Below are positions 1-8,869 of a DNA stretch of 47,541 bases, piece by piece. The notes below the pieces were generated by a model, which had not been told where the DNA came from, did not search any database, and worked only from the letters and a program-made list of their open reading frames with translations. The DNA comes from Bacteroidia bacterium. Its GTDB lineage: Bacteria; Bacteroidota; Bacteroidia; NS11-12g; UBA9320. A program made the translations under genes and the position numbers. Each line of letters opens with the position of its first letter. Position 1 is the stretch's first letter. The stretch covers positions 1-47,541 of the forward strand of contig JBLHOC010000003.1 of NCBI GenBank assembly GCA_047620825.1. The letters are read 5' to 3'.

Positions 1-42
1 GATGGTAGCGTGAAAATTGTCAAATTCGTTAAGAGCGAATAA
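1..42 (+). CDS. 3' end of a gene entering from the left, probably a T9SS type A sorting-domain protein (partial)
   Basis: Frame 1 reads DGSVKIVKFVKSE-stop, resembling the terminal KxxKxxK strand of T9SS CTDs; a terminator follows. Confidence 0.55.
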   Translation, partial: DGSVKIVKFVKSE

Positions 43-59
43 GACCATTTATTTTTCTT

Positions 60-89
60 AAAGCCCACGCCTTGGTGTGGGCTTTTTTT
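60..89. terminator. Intrinsic terminator between convergent genes
   Basis: AAAGCCCACGCC-TT-GGTGTGGGCTTT hairpin followed by a T-run on +. Confidence 0.85.
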
Positions 90-106
90 GTTTAAATAGG
101 TCAATG

Positions 107-520
107 CTACATTGGGTGACAATGGAACATGAGTTCTTTTGTTTCGCTTGTACCAGCATGGTCGGTAATCGCCTCAATTTTTAACATCATATTCGAATGA
201 TAATTAACGTTATTTACCCAGTGTTCATGAATGTGAAACGTTTTACTATCAATGTGCTCGTGATTATTAAATACAACAGTATCGCTGTTTGATGTGTTGG
301 TAATTGAGACTTTATAACCATGTAGATCTTTCGTATATGAAATCATACCATCGATAAAAACGGTATCTCCTTTTCCGTACATGGCACCAGATATTGGTGA
401 AGAAAAGTCAAACACGACAGACGGGTCTTCCACAATTGTAGGATCATCATCTTTACAAGCTGAAAAAAGTGTTGCCGTTATGGCAAGCATTATGAATATG
501 GTGTTTTTTAAGTTGTTCAT
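107..520 (-). CDS. His-rich lipoprotein, DUF4625-like Ig-fold, putative metal-binding
   Basis: Lipobox FSAC-KDDD; His clusters HEHIDSKTFHIHEHW and C-terminal FHCHPM; 4-nt overlap with the upstream gene. Confidence 0.65.
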   Translation of the reverse strand: MNNLKNTIFIMLAITATLFSACKDDDPTIVEDPSVVFDFSSPISGAMYGKGDTVFIDGMISYTKDLHGYKVSITNTSNSDTVVFNNHEHIDSKTFHIHEHWVNNVNYHSNMMLKIEAITDHAGTSETKELMFHCHPM

Positions 521-1443
521 TTTTTATTTGATTTTAGTAGGTGTAAGAATTGAATGTTAAAAAATTGTGTGGGTTTTGTGTACCCGTTTGAAATTGAATG
601 ATGTATTGGGAAATGGTAATAAGCTCTGATTCCGAAGTCTGAAAAATAGACGGATGAACCAATGACGGCATTGAATAATTGCACACCACTTAATGTATTT
701 GCTTCTTTCCTCGATGCGCTAATCTGATCTTTTGCTCTATGCATTTGATACAAACCAACTTGAGGAATCAGTGTTAACTTTTCTCTTTTAATTCTATAAA
801 AGAATAGATTGTTAGAAGAAACTTCTTGACCAAATCGATAGTCAATGTTGTTAGCTGCATTAAGTCGAGTATTGATTTCTGAGCTAAAACCAAAATTCAA
901 TCTTCGCCAAGAAAAAGTAGAGTTTAAACCGGCACCCCAAGCACCTGTTCCGAGCTGAAGGTTTGGCAAACTACTTTGATTGTCAGAATCAATTTTGCCA
1001 GTTGGTATGGATATGTGGCTACCAATAAACCAGTTTGTTTGTTTGTCAGACATGGTCCCCCCTTTGGATACTAGGGCATAATAGACCTGTAATTGGGCAT
1101 CGCCAAAACCTTTCAGTTCAATCGTCTCGTTTGACATCTTTAAACTGTGTTGTTTGATTGGCAACATGCCAGATAGAAACCAACGTTTGGAGATGTAATA
1201 CCTTCCCCATAATGTTAAAGCGTTAAAATTATCGACGCTTGTTTCATCGGTTTCGTCTGTAAAAAGAGCAGGATGCAGGGTTTCAAAACGGTTGTTCTGA
1301 AAATGTAGTCCAATCATATGTCGTTGTTGGAATGGGATATACCCAAACCCAACGCCACCAGCTGAACATCCGCAAGCATCACACGCTTGTGAAACAGTAC
1401 TGTACATTAACAGTAGTGCAACACACACGAATCGTGTACGCAT
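517..1443 (-). CDS. Outer-membrane beta-barrel transporter-like protein with N-terminal CxxCxC motif
   Basis: Signal peptide ending SQA, mature N-terminus CDACGC; GFGD, IPTG and LQLGTG motifs; alternating aromatic strands. Confidence 0.7.
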   Translation of the reverse strand: MRTRFVCVALLLMYSTVSQACDACGCSAGGVGFGYIPFQQRHMIGLHFQNNRFETLHPALFTDETDETSVDNFNALTLWGRYYISKRWFLSGMLPIKQHSLKMSNETIELKGFGDAQLQVYYALVSKGGTMSDKQTNWFIGSHISIPTGKIDSDNQSSLPNLQLGTGAWGAGLNSTFSWRRLNFGFSSEINTRLNAANNIDYRFGQEVSSNNLFFYRIKREKLTLIPQVGLYQMHRAKDQISASRKEANTLSGVQLFNAVIGSSVYFSDFGIRAYYHFPIHHSISNGYTKPTQFFNIQFLHLLKSNKK

Positions 1444-1501
1444 ACTTTTGTTTAATAAATAAGTGTTTAAAATTGGTAGGTTAGATGGTGTCGGAAGTGA
1501 C

Positions 1502-1855
1502 CTAAGTGATGGGAGGTCTAAAGATTGAATTTGTGTGTTCCGAACTAAGTTTATCCTGAATAGACGGATAATCCTTTACATGGTTATTGTTGGTAAAGTC
1601 CTTTTTGGGGTGATCACACAAGATGAAACTCAGTAGTTTGAATTCCACAGTATATTGATTCTGTTGGTTGACATCTTTGATTTTTTTCTCCAAAACACAA
1701 TGACCACCACATTCCGAATCTGGAACGAAACGATTTTCACATAATTCCGCAGCAATGTAGTTTTGCTCAACTTGAAACCAAGTGTAGATTCCAATGTTGA
1801 TCAAAAAGCCAGAGCAAAGAAACGCAATGAGCGCTATTGAGAGTGTTTTTTTCAA
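1502..1855 (-). CDS. Cys-rich membrane-anchored leader protein (DUF2946/CruR/CutF-like) with C-terminal IFRPP
   Basis: N-terminal hydrophobic helix, LCENRFVPDSECGGHCVL, terminal SIFRPPIT. TTG at 1855 preferred over 1903 because a TAACTTTG promoter element lies at 1861-1868. Confidence 0.7.
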   Translation of the reverse strand: MKKTLSIALIAFLCSGFLINIGIYTWFQVEQNYIAAELCENRFVPDSECGGHCVLEKKIKDVNQQNQYTVEFKLLSFILCDHPKKDFTNNNHVKDYPSIQDKLSSEHTNSIFRPPIT

Positions 1856-1860
1856 CGAGA

Positions 1861-1889
1861 CAAAGTTAGGTATGATCAAAAAGTACAAA
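1861..1889 (-). promoter_or_regulatory. Bacteroidota primary-sigma promoter (-7 TAACTTTG, -33 TTTG)
   Basis: TAnnTTTG at 1861-1868 and TTTG at 1886-1889, 17-nt spacer. Confidence 0.6.
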
Positions 1890-1957
1890 CTGACTAAAAT
1901 CATGGAAGGTTAAGATTTTTACCTTACCAGTACTTTGCAGCAAGCCAGTGATTATAT

Positions 1958-3082
1958 TTGAATATGAAGCGATTTTCGACATACGGATTGTTAGGGTTGT
2001 GCCTCACAGTTTTGGTGGTTTTTCAAAGCTGTAAAGATGACGATAGTGTTGTTATTGATCCAGGTGGAATCGACAACGAAGACGTTTATTTTCCCCCAAT
2101 AATTGGGGATGATTGGGCAACAATATCTGCTCAATCTTTAGATTGGGACACCTCAAAGATTTCGGATTTGTATACTTTTTTGGATGATGGAGGTACACGT
2201 GCCTTTATAGTGGTTAAAAACGGTAAGATTGTGTTAGAACATTATGGCGGCCTCGACATTTTAAAGCGTGGTGCGTTTACCGATAAGTCGGTGTGGTATT
2301 GGGCTTCAGCAGGTAAAACATTAACATCGTTTTTAGTCGGACAAGCACAAGAAGACGGTCACCTAAGCCTGTCAGACAAAACATCAGATTACCTAGGAGA
2401 TTGGACAAGTTTAACTAAAACACAACAAGATAAAATTACTATCAGACACCAGTTAACCATGTCTAGTGGTTTGGATGATAGTGGAAATTCGGACTGTACA
2501 GAAAAGGCATGCATAACCTATAAGGCCGATCCAGGTACGAGATGGGCGTATCACAATGCACCATATACTTTACTGGATAGTGTGATTCAACAATCGACCA
2601 ACAGTAGTTTCGACGACTATTTCAACAACCGGTTACGTAACCCAATTGGTATGGATGGCTATTGGACTTATTTGGACTATAATCACGTTTATTTTAGCAC
2701 AGCTCGTTCCATGGTTCGCTTCGGATTGGTGACACTTAATAAAGGCAAGTGGGATCAACAAACGATATTAGGCGACACCAATTATTGGGCGGACATGGTG
2801 AACACGTCCCAAGACATCAACAAGTCATACGGATACCTCTGGTGGTTAAATGGCAAAGCATCTCATATGTTGCCTGGACTTCAATTAGAAATTAAGAGAC
2901 CAATATCAGAAAATGCACCTTCAGATATGATTTCAGGATTAGGCAAAAATGGCCAGTTATTAAATATCATCCCGAGTCAAAACCTAATCGTTATACGAAT
3001 GGGTGACAATCCAGACAATGCACTTGTACCAACAAAGTTTCTAAATGACATGTGGGGAAAAATCAACAACGTCATTCAATAA
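1958..3082 (+). CDS. Serine hydrolase lipoprotein (class C beta-lactamase/esterase family)
   Basis: Lipobox FQSC; SxxK (SAGK), YxN (YHN), LTMSSGL, YGYLWW, GKNGQ; start may be ATG 1964. Confidence 0.9.
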   Translation: MNMKRFSTYGLLGLCLTVLVVFQSCKDDDSVVIDPGGIDNEDVYFPPIIGDDWATISAQSLDWDTSKISDLYTFLDDGGTRAFIVVKNGKIVLEHYGGLDILKRGAFTDKSVWYWASAGKTLTSFLVGQAQEDGHLSLSDKTSDYLGDWTSLTKTQQDKITIRHQLTMSSGLDDSGNSDCTEKACITYKADPGTRWAYHNAPYTLLDSVIQQSTNSSFDDYFNNRLRNPIGMDGYWTYLDYNHVYFSTARSMVRFGLVTLNKGKWDQQTILGDTNYWADMVNTSQDINKSYGYLWWLNGKASHMLPGLQLEIKRPISENAPSDMISGLGKNGQLLNIIPSQNLIVIRMGDNPDNALVPTKFLNDMWGKINNVIQ

Positions 3083-3106
3083 GAACCACTGAGTCGTTGG
3101 AATAAC

Positions 3107-3114
3107 TAGATTTG
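3107..3114 (+). promoter_or_regulatory. -7 promoter element TAGATTTG
   Basis: Exact TAnnTTTG, 4 nt before GTG 3119. Confidence 0.5.
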
Positions 3115-3118
3115 TCCG

Positions 3119-3823
3119 GTGCAAATATTATCAATCTTAAACCCAACCGTTTTTGTTGGAGAATTTGAGTGGCGAGAGCCAGTAACTACGTTAACAGACT
3201 TTTTAGTCGCTGTCGTTTGCTGGACCGCTTTTTACTTATTTGTGAAACTTAAAACATCAAAATCACCTACGTACGTATGGTTTAAAAACTACTTTTTAGT
3301 TTTTGCAATTGGCATGACCAGTGCCGCATGGTTGGGTCATGGTTTCCAAGCATATTTATTCCCTGAGTTAAAATTAATTGGATGGATTTGCAGTGCAACA
3401 GCCTTGATGTTTTTACAAATGGGTTCATTTAAACAGATTTCAGTACACCTATCTGAGCGATTAACGCGATACCTACCTAAGTGGTTCGTCATTCAATGGG
3501 TGCTTGCAATAACACTTATGGGTTACAACATTTCTGGCGGCATTGAGCAAGCCTTTAAGATAACCCAAGTCAACTCTGTTTTAGCATTATGGGGGTTTGT
3601 ACTCCCTATGCATATTTATGCCTATCGGAAGCTTCAAATTCAAGGGAGTAAAATTGTAATAGGAGCCCTGCTGTATAGCACAGTTCCTGGCGTTGTTTAC
3701 ACCAACCAAATAAGCTTTTCACATTGGTTTAATTACCACGACATCAGCCATGTTTTAATGGCAGTATTTATGACAATAATGTTCTTAGGGTTGTACCAAC
3801 TCGTTAAACCCACAAACCCATAG
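3119..3823 (+). CDS. Multi-pass membrane protein (DUF6962-like; possible CREST-type hydrolase)
   Basis: About 7 hydrophobic helices; EPVTTLTD, LGHG and FNYHDISH (HxxxH) motifs. Confidence 0.65.
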   Translation: MQILSILNPTVFVGEFEWREPVTTLTDFLVAVVCWTAFYLFVKLKTSKSPTYVWFKNYFLVFAIGMTSAAWLGHGFQAYLFPELKLIGWICSATALMFLQMGSFKQISVHLSERLTRYLPKWFVIQWVLAITLMGYNISGGIEQAFKITQVNSVLALWGFVLPMHIYAYRKLQIQGSKIVIGALLYSTVPGVVYTNQISFSHWFNYHDISHVLMAVFMTIMFLGLYQLVKPTNP

Positions 3824-3865
3824 AATGATTGTTATCACATAACATCATTTAATTGGGCTATTTCG

Positions 3866-3873
3866 TAGCTTTG
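3866..3873 (+). promoter_or_regulatory. -7 promoter element TAGCTTTG
   Basis: Exact TAnnTTTG, 17 nt before ATG 3891. Confidence 0.6.
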
Positions 3874-3890
3874 CACAAAATTTAGATTGT

Positions 3891-5171
3891 ATGTCAGCGA
3901 AAGGTTGGATCATATTGTTATCGGTTTTAGCGGTTTTGATGATTATCGAAAAAATAATCGCAATTCGCAGAAATGTAAACACTTATTCGTTCGCAGACTT
4001 TATGGCTAATTTGACCTGCGGAATTCTAGAAAGAGTTTTTGCGTTTTTCTGGTTGTATGTCTTTTACGTAGCCTCCATGTGGGTTTTTGAAAATGTCACG
4101 CTATGGGAAATACCTAAAAACCCAGCCACGTGGATTTTAGCCTTATTTGCCACCGATTTCTTGGCGTATTGGCATCACAGATTAAGTCATGAAATAAATT
4201 TTCTATGGGCAGCGCACATTGTACACCACCAAAGCGAAGACCTTAATGTCTCAACAGTTTTTAGGGTATCTTTTTTCGCTGTAATTAATCGCTCATTTTT
4301 CTTCATTTGGCTTCCAGTCATGGGCTTTCATCCAGATTTTGCAGCAACAGCGATCCTGTTTGTTGGCGCTTTTCAATTTGTAACACACAGCAGGCTTGTG
4401 GGTAAGCTTGGATTTTTAGAAAAGATATTCTCTACACCATCTAATCATAGGGTGCACCATGCAAGAAATGAGAAATACATTGATCACAACTACGGCCATG
4501 TATTTATGATGTGGGATAAAATGTTTGGCACCTACACACCTGAAGAAGAAGAACCAGATTATGGTATAACCACTGGTTTCGACAGTGAGAATGCGTATAA
4601 CTCCAATCTCTTTTATTGGAAGGATTTGTTCAAGAGAGCTGGAATGGCGTCTAGCGTGAAGGATAAAATTAAAATATTTTTCACCAAACCTGATTGGACA
4701 CCTGCAGATGTTGGTTATTTACCGTCTCAATTCAAGACGGATGAAAAAGGAAATAGATTACCACACAGCAGACCCATGTCTAAACAATTTGGATTTTATC
4801 TCTTAATCAACACACTGTTAACGTTGGTATTATTTGTTTCCATGTTTGCCATAGTTGAAGATCCGAAGCGAACCTTGTTTAGAGACTTGATTGACAACAA
4901 ACACTTATTGGTGTTGGTTTTAACCATATTGTTTTCTGTTTTTGTCCATGGTCGTTTATTAGATAATAAACGTGCTAGCAAAATTCTAGATACCGCCAGA
5001 TTAGTCATACTTGCAGTGGCTATTCCATTTATTTATAGCGGAACCAACGTTACAGCATGGATAGGGCCAGTGATTTGGGCATACTCAGCTGTTATGATTG
5101 TATGGTTGTGGATGAGTGATAAAACCCACCTATCTCAGCCACTAGGGAAGCTTAAAGCCCAAGGAGTCTAA
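3891..5171 (+). CDS. Sterol desaturase/fatty acid hydroxylase family protein, alkylglycerol monooxygenase-like
   Basis: His boxes YWHHRLSH, WAAHIVHH, FVTH, HRVHH; C-terminal multi-TM extension. Confidence 0.88.
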   Translation: MSAKGWIILLSVLAVLMIIEKIIAIRRNVNTYSFADFMANLTCGILERVFAFFWLYVFYVASMWVFENVTLWEIPKNPATWILALFATDFLAYWHHRLSHEINFLWAAHIVHHQSEDLNVSTVFRVSFFAVINRSFFFIWLPVMGFHPDFAATAILFVGAFQFVTHSRLVGKLGFLEKIFSTPSNHRVHHARNEKYIDHNYGHVFMMWDKMFGTYTPEEEEPDYGITTGFDSENAYNSNLFYWKDLFKRAGMASSVKDKIKIFFTKPDWTPADVGYLPSQFKTDEKGNRLPHSRPMSKQFGFYLLINTLLTLVLFVSMFAIVEDPKRTLFRDLIDNKHLLVLVLTILFSVFVHGRLLDNKRASKILDTARLVILAVAIPFIYSGTNVTAWIGPVIWAYSAVMIVWLWMSDKTHLSQPLGKLKAQGV

Positions 5172-5756
5172 TAGACTTATTTCGGAGTAATATTTAATTT
5201 GAACATTCAACGGGATTTCTTCGAGCGGTTGATCAGCGGCATTGGTTTGCTCCATTTCAATCGACTCTAACACATCCTGCCCCTTAATAATCATTCCGAA
5301 AATCATATAATTACTATCGAGTTGAGGTAAGCCAGCTTCCTTACTAACAATATAAAATTGGCAGGCATTTGATTGCTTTTTAGGATTGTCGTCTCTACCC
5401 ATACCCAAGGCACCATAACTATGCCCAATGCTGTCATGGAATTCTGGATCAATTAGAAACGGCGAATTTTCGAAATACGAGACGGAATCAGGACAACCGC
5501 CTTGAATTACAAAATTGCGCACCACACGGTTAAATGTAAACTGATTATAGTGTTGGTCTTTCGCCAACTCAATGAATTTAGCTTTGTGAATCGGTGTTTG
5601 GTCATACAACCAAAAGTACATATCACCGAGGCGAGTGCTTACGTATCCAATTGGATAAGTCTCCTGTGGTATATCGTCTTTAATCGTTTCAGTGTCTGAA
5701 CAACCAATAGAAGAGAATACAGCGAGCAAAAGGAAGTAAGTTAATCGACGTTTCAT
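5142..5756 (-). CDS. Cyclophilin-type peptidyl-prolyl cis-trans isomerase, lipoprotein
   Basis: FNRVVRNFVIQGG, GALGMGR, CQFYIV, YMIFG; lipobox SIGC; ATG at 5756 (GTG 5762 possible). Confidence 0.9.
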   Translation of the reverse strand: MKRRLTYFLLLAVFSSIGCSDTETIKDDIPQETYPIGYVSTRLGDMYFWLYDQTPIHKAKFIELAKDQHYNQFTFNRVVRNFVIQGGCPDSVSYFENSPFLIDPEFHDSIGHSYGALGMGRDDNPKKQSNACQFYIVSKEAGLPQLDSNYMIFGMIIKGQDVLESIEMEQTNAADQPLEEIPLNVQIKYYSEISLLDSLGFKLP

Positions 5757-5820
5757 AATCACAAAGATTGTTAAGATTATCAGGAATCAAAATGGGTTTT
5801 AATGTATACTTGGAGCTGCA

Positions 5821-6297
5821 ATGAACACAAAACGTATTCTTTTCGTTTGTTTAGGAAATATATGTCGGTCACCTATGGCAGAAGGGGTGTTTCTTCATCT
5901 AGCCGAGCAAAAAGGACTTACAGAGTTTTATGAAGTAGCATCTGCAGGAACGGCTGGTTATCACATTGGTGAAAGACCAGACAGCAGAATGATTGATACA
6001 GCAGAAGGGCATGGTGTTGTGTTACCAAGTTTAGCACGACAATTAGATACATCAGATTTTGACGCATTTGATTTCATTATTGCCATGGATAGCGACAACT
6101 TAGATAACATCAACCAACTAAAGCCGGATGGTCAGTCAAGAGCGACAATTTTTAAAATGCGCGATTTTGACGATGTTGATCCGAATGGAGATGTTCCAGA
6201 TCCTTACTATGGTGGTCTGAAAGGGTTTGAAAACGTATTTCAAATGCTCAAACGATGCAATGAAAAGTTCATAGTACATTTAGAAAGTAATAGATGA
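5821..6297 (+). CDS. Low molecular weight protein-tyrosine phosphatase
   Basis: P-loop CLGNICRS, SAGT, DPYY. Confidence 0.95.
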   Translation: MNTKRILFVCLGNICRSPMAEGVFLHLAEQKGLTEFYEVASAGTAGYHIGERPDSRMIDTAEGHGVVLPSLARQLDTSDFDAFDFIIAMDSDNLDNINQLKPDGQSRATIFKMRDFDDVDPNGDVPDPYYGGLKGFENVFQMLKRCNEKFIVHLESNR

Positions 6298-8765
6298 GAT
6301 TAAGCAATAAGAGATTTGGGTTTTTAATTATTTTGGGATTGTGGTTTGGAGCCACGACCGGCCAAAGTACAATACCAGCCTCACAGATAGTAGATAAACT
6401 AAAAACGGTTGGGAATGTTCAGTCGGTGTTATACATCGCCGCACATCCGGATGACGAGAATACCAGATTGATAAGCTACTTAACAAAGCACGAACATGCC
6501 GACGTAAGTTATTTAAGTTTAACTCGGGGTGACGGCGGACAAAACCTCATTGGAACAGAAATAGGGGACCAGCTCGGTTTGCTCAGAACGCAAGAACTAT
6601 TAGCAGCAAGACGCATTGATGGCGGCAATCAATATTTTACAAGAGCTATCGACTTTGGATATTCAAAAACACCGGAAGAAACGTTCAAGTTTTGGAATAA
6701 GGACGCCGTATTATCTGACGTGGTGTGGGTCATCCGAAATGTTAGACCAGACGTGATTATAACTCGTTTTTCACCAGATATAAATCCTGATAGACCAACA
6801 CATGGTCATCATACAGCTTCAGCGATGTTAGCGGTAGAGGCATTTAAAGCTGCAGCAGATCCAACTCAGTTTGTAGAGCAGTTGAAATATGTAGATACGT
6901 GGCAGCCAAAGTCAATTTTTTGGAATACAAGCTATTGGTTTTATGGCAGCGTAGAGCGCATGGATGAAGAAGTAGCAAAGTCACCTGGTGACTACGTTAA
7001 GATTGACGTAAATAAATACTTACCCTTACTCGGTCAATCGGGTTCAGACATATCAAGTCATAGCAGAAGCCAGCATAAAAGTCAAGGGTTTGGCAATGCC
7101 CCCGTAATCGGCAACCAGTGGGAGTATTTGCAAGTATTAGAGGGCGGCATATCAGAGCACTTATTTAAGGCAACCTATAAACAGAAAGCATTAAGCACGA
7201 AGCTGGACAAGCGTATTGCGAAGGTGATAAAAGCGTTTGATATGCACCATCCGGAGCATAGCATTTCTGGACTATACGGCGTACGAGACCTAATCGCTCA
7301 AATAGAGGATGACGTCTTACGGAAAAGAAAATTGGACCAAATTCATAAGATAATTTTGCAATGTGCCGGTGTAAAAGCAACCGCTTATTGCAAAGAACAA
7401 ACGGTGCACGTGGGTCAGGATATTGAAACCAAACTGGATATCGTCTCCACACAAATGTTTCGAGTTGTGTCAATGACAAAGAGTTGGAATGGTGTTGGTT
7501 TTGCGAGTACAGAGCAACAACCTTACTTTACGAAGCAAATACAATGGTCGATTCCGAAACATGCAAGCAGTCAACCTTATTGGTTAACCGGAACAAAAAG
7601 TGTCGGATCATATGGTGTGAAAGACCAACAATTAATTGGACAAGCAGTACAAGTGTATCCATTTGTACTTACGATCAGATTAGAAATCGAAGGGGATATT
7701 GTCGTGATGGAAGTGCCTATGTTACATGCGTCTACAGACCCTGTAAAAGGTCAGGTTATACAGCCGATAGTGGTGACACCAAACGTGATGTTGAACATGG
7801 AACGGAAGGTATATGTATTTGCCTCCGAAAAGCCCAAAATGATTTCGGTAGATGTTATCTCAGGTAAACCAAATGAGTCTGGTTATGTGGAAATGGTTGT
7901 TCCAAAAGGGTGGAAGTGTGAGCCAGCTTTTATTAAAACAAGTTTTAAAGGTTCAGGTGAAAGAAAACAGTTTCAGTTTAAAGTGACACCTCCCACAGGT
8001 GAAAGTAATGCGCGTATTCGGGCAATATTTAAGGATGAGGCACTCGTTTATAGCATGGGCATCTACCAATTAAATTATGACCATGTTGCTCAAGTCGCCT
8101 TGTTTCCAAGTGCAGAATCTAGCGTGGTAAAAGTTGATTTAAAAACAACGGGAAATCATATTGCCTACGTTATGGGAGCAGGAGATAAGGTGCCAGAAAG
8201 CATTACAGAAATGGGGTATCAAGTAACCCTATTGTCGGTTGATGATGTTGCTAAAGACGAGTTAGAAATATACGATGCAATTGTATTTGGCGTACGTGCT
8301 TTAAATACAATTGAAGCCATAGAAACTATAAACACGAAAATCACGGCATATGTAAAAGGGGGAGGAAATTTAGTGATGCAATACAACACAGCACACCGAT
8401 TAAAATCACAACCTTTAGGGCCATATAAGATTAAACTTTCAAGAGATCGTGTGACCGACGAAGAAGCAGGGGTAAAACTTTTAAAGCCAGAACACAAAGT
8501 ATTAAACACGCCAAATAAAATAACCTCAATTGATTTTAATGGTTGGGTTCAGGAGCGTGGATTATACTTTCCAGCCGAGTGGGACAGTGAAATGTCAGCG
8601 ATATTATCCATGCACGATCAAGGCGAAGAACCAAAACTAGGTAGTCTACTCATAGGTGCCTATGGCGAGGGATATGTGGTCTATACAGGGTTGTCTTTTT
8701 TTAGAGAGTTGCCGGCAGGAGTTCCAGGAGCGTATCGGTTATTGGCCAATATTTTAAGTTTGTAG
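6294..8765 (+). CDS. PIG-L/LmbE family deacetylase with C-terminal accessory domains
   Basis: Signal peptide; AHPDDE, TRGDGGQN, DFGYSK, HGHH; C-terminal WVQERG and LPAGVPGAYRL. Confidence 0.92.
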   Translation: MRLSNKRFGFLIILGLWFGATTGQSTIPASQIVDKLKTVGNVQSVLYIAAHPDDENTRLISYLTKHEHADVSYLSLTRGDGGQNLIGTEIGDQLGLLRTQELLAARRIDGGNQYFTRAIDFGYSKTPEETFKFWNKDAVLSDVVWVIRNVRPDVIITRFSPDINPDRPTHGHHTASAMLAVEAFKAAADPTQFVEQLKYVDTWQPKSIFWNTSYWFYGSVERMDEEVAKSPGDYVKIDVNKYLPLLGQSGSDISSHSRSQHKSQGFGNAPVIGNQWEYLQVLEGGISEHLFKATYKQKALSTKLDKRIAKVIKAFDMHHPEHSISGLYGVRDLIAQIEDDVLRKRKLDQIHKIILQCAGVKATAYCKEQTVHVGQDIETKLDIVSTQMFRVVSMTKSWNGVGFASTEQQPYFTKQIQWSIPKHASSQPYWLTGTKSVGSYGVKDQQLIGQAVQVYPFVLTIRLEIEGDIVVMEVPMLHASTDPVKGQVIQPIVVTPNVMLNMERKVYVFASEKPKMISVDVISGKPNESGYVEMVVPKGWKCEPAFIKTSFKGSGERKQFQFKVTPPTGESNARIRAIFKDEALVYSMGIYQLNYDHVAQVALFPSAESSVVKVDLKTTGNHIAYVMGAGDKVPESITEMGYQVTLLSVDDVAKDELEIYDAIVFGVRALNTIEAIETINTKITAYVKGGGNLVMQYNTAHRLKSQPLGPYKIKLSRDRVTDEEAGVKLLKPEHKVLNTPNKITSIDFNGWVQERGLYFPAEWDSEMSAILSMHDQGEEPKLGSLLIGAYGEGYVVYTGLSFFRELPAGVPGAYRLLANILSL

Positions 8766-8798
8766 ATTAAAGGACAACAACCAAATGCTGAAAATTTA

Positions 8799-8806
8799 TA
8801 TCTTTG
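8799..8806 (+). promoter_or_regulatory. -7 promoter element TATCTTTG
   Basis: Exact TAnnTTTG in the intergenic region upstream of the HD gene. Confidence 0.55.
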
Positions 8807-8869
8807 GAGGGAAGGGATGATTTATTATAAACCGATGCCTAATTATGATAGCCAGGCCAGGGATAAATC

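Noticed and set aside
1856-1903. Longer start for the leader protein
   Set aside because: It would include the promoter elements; TTG 1855 gives a typical KK-hydrophobic N-terminus
1958-3082. Antibiotic-resistance beta-lactamase
   Set aside because: SxxK/YxN are shared with family esterases and peptidases; the KTG triad is absent
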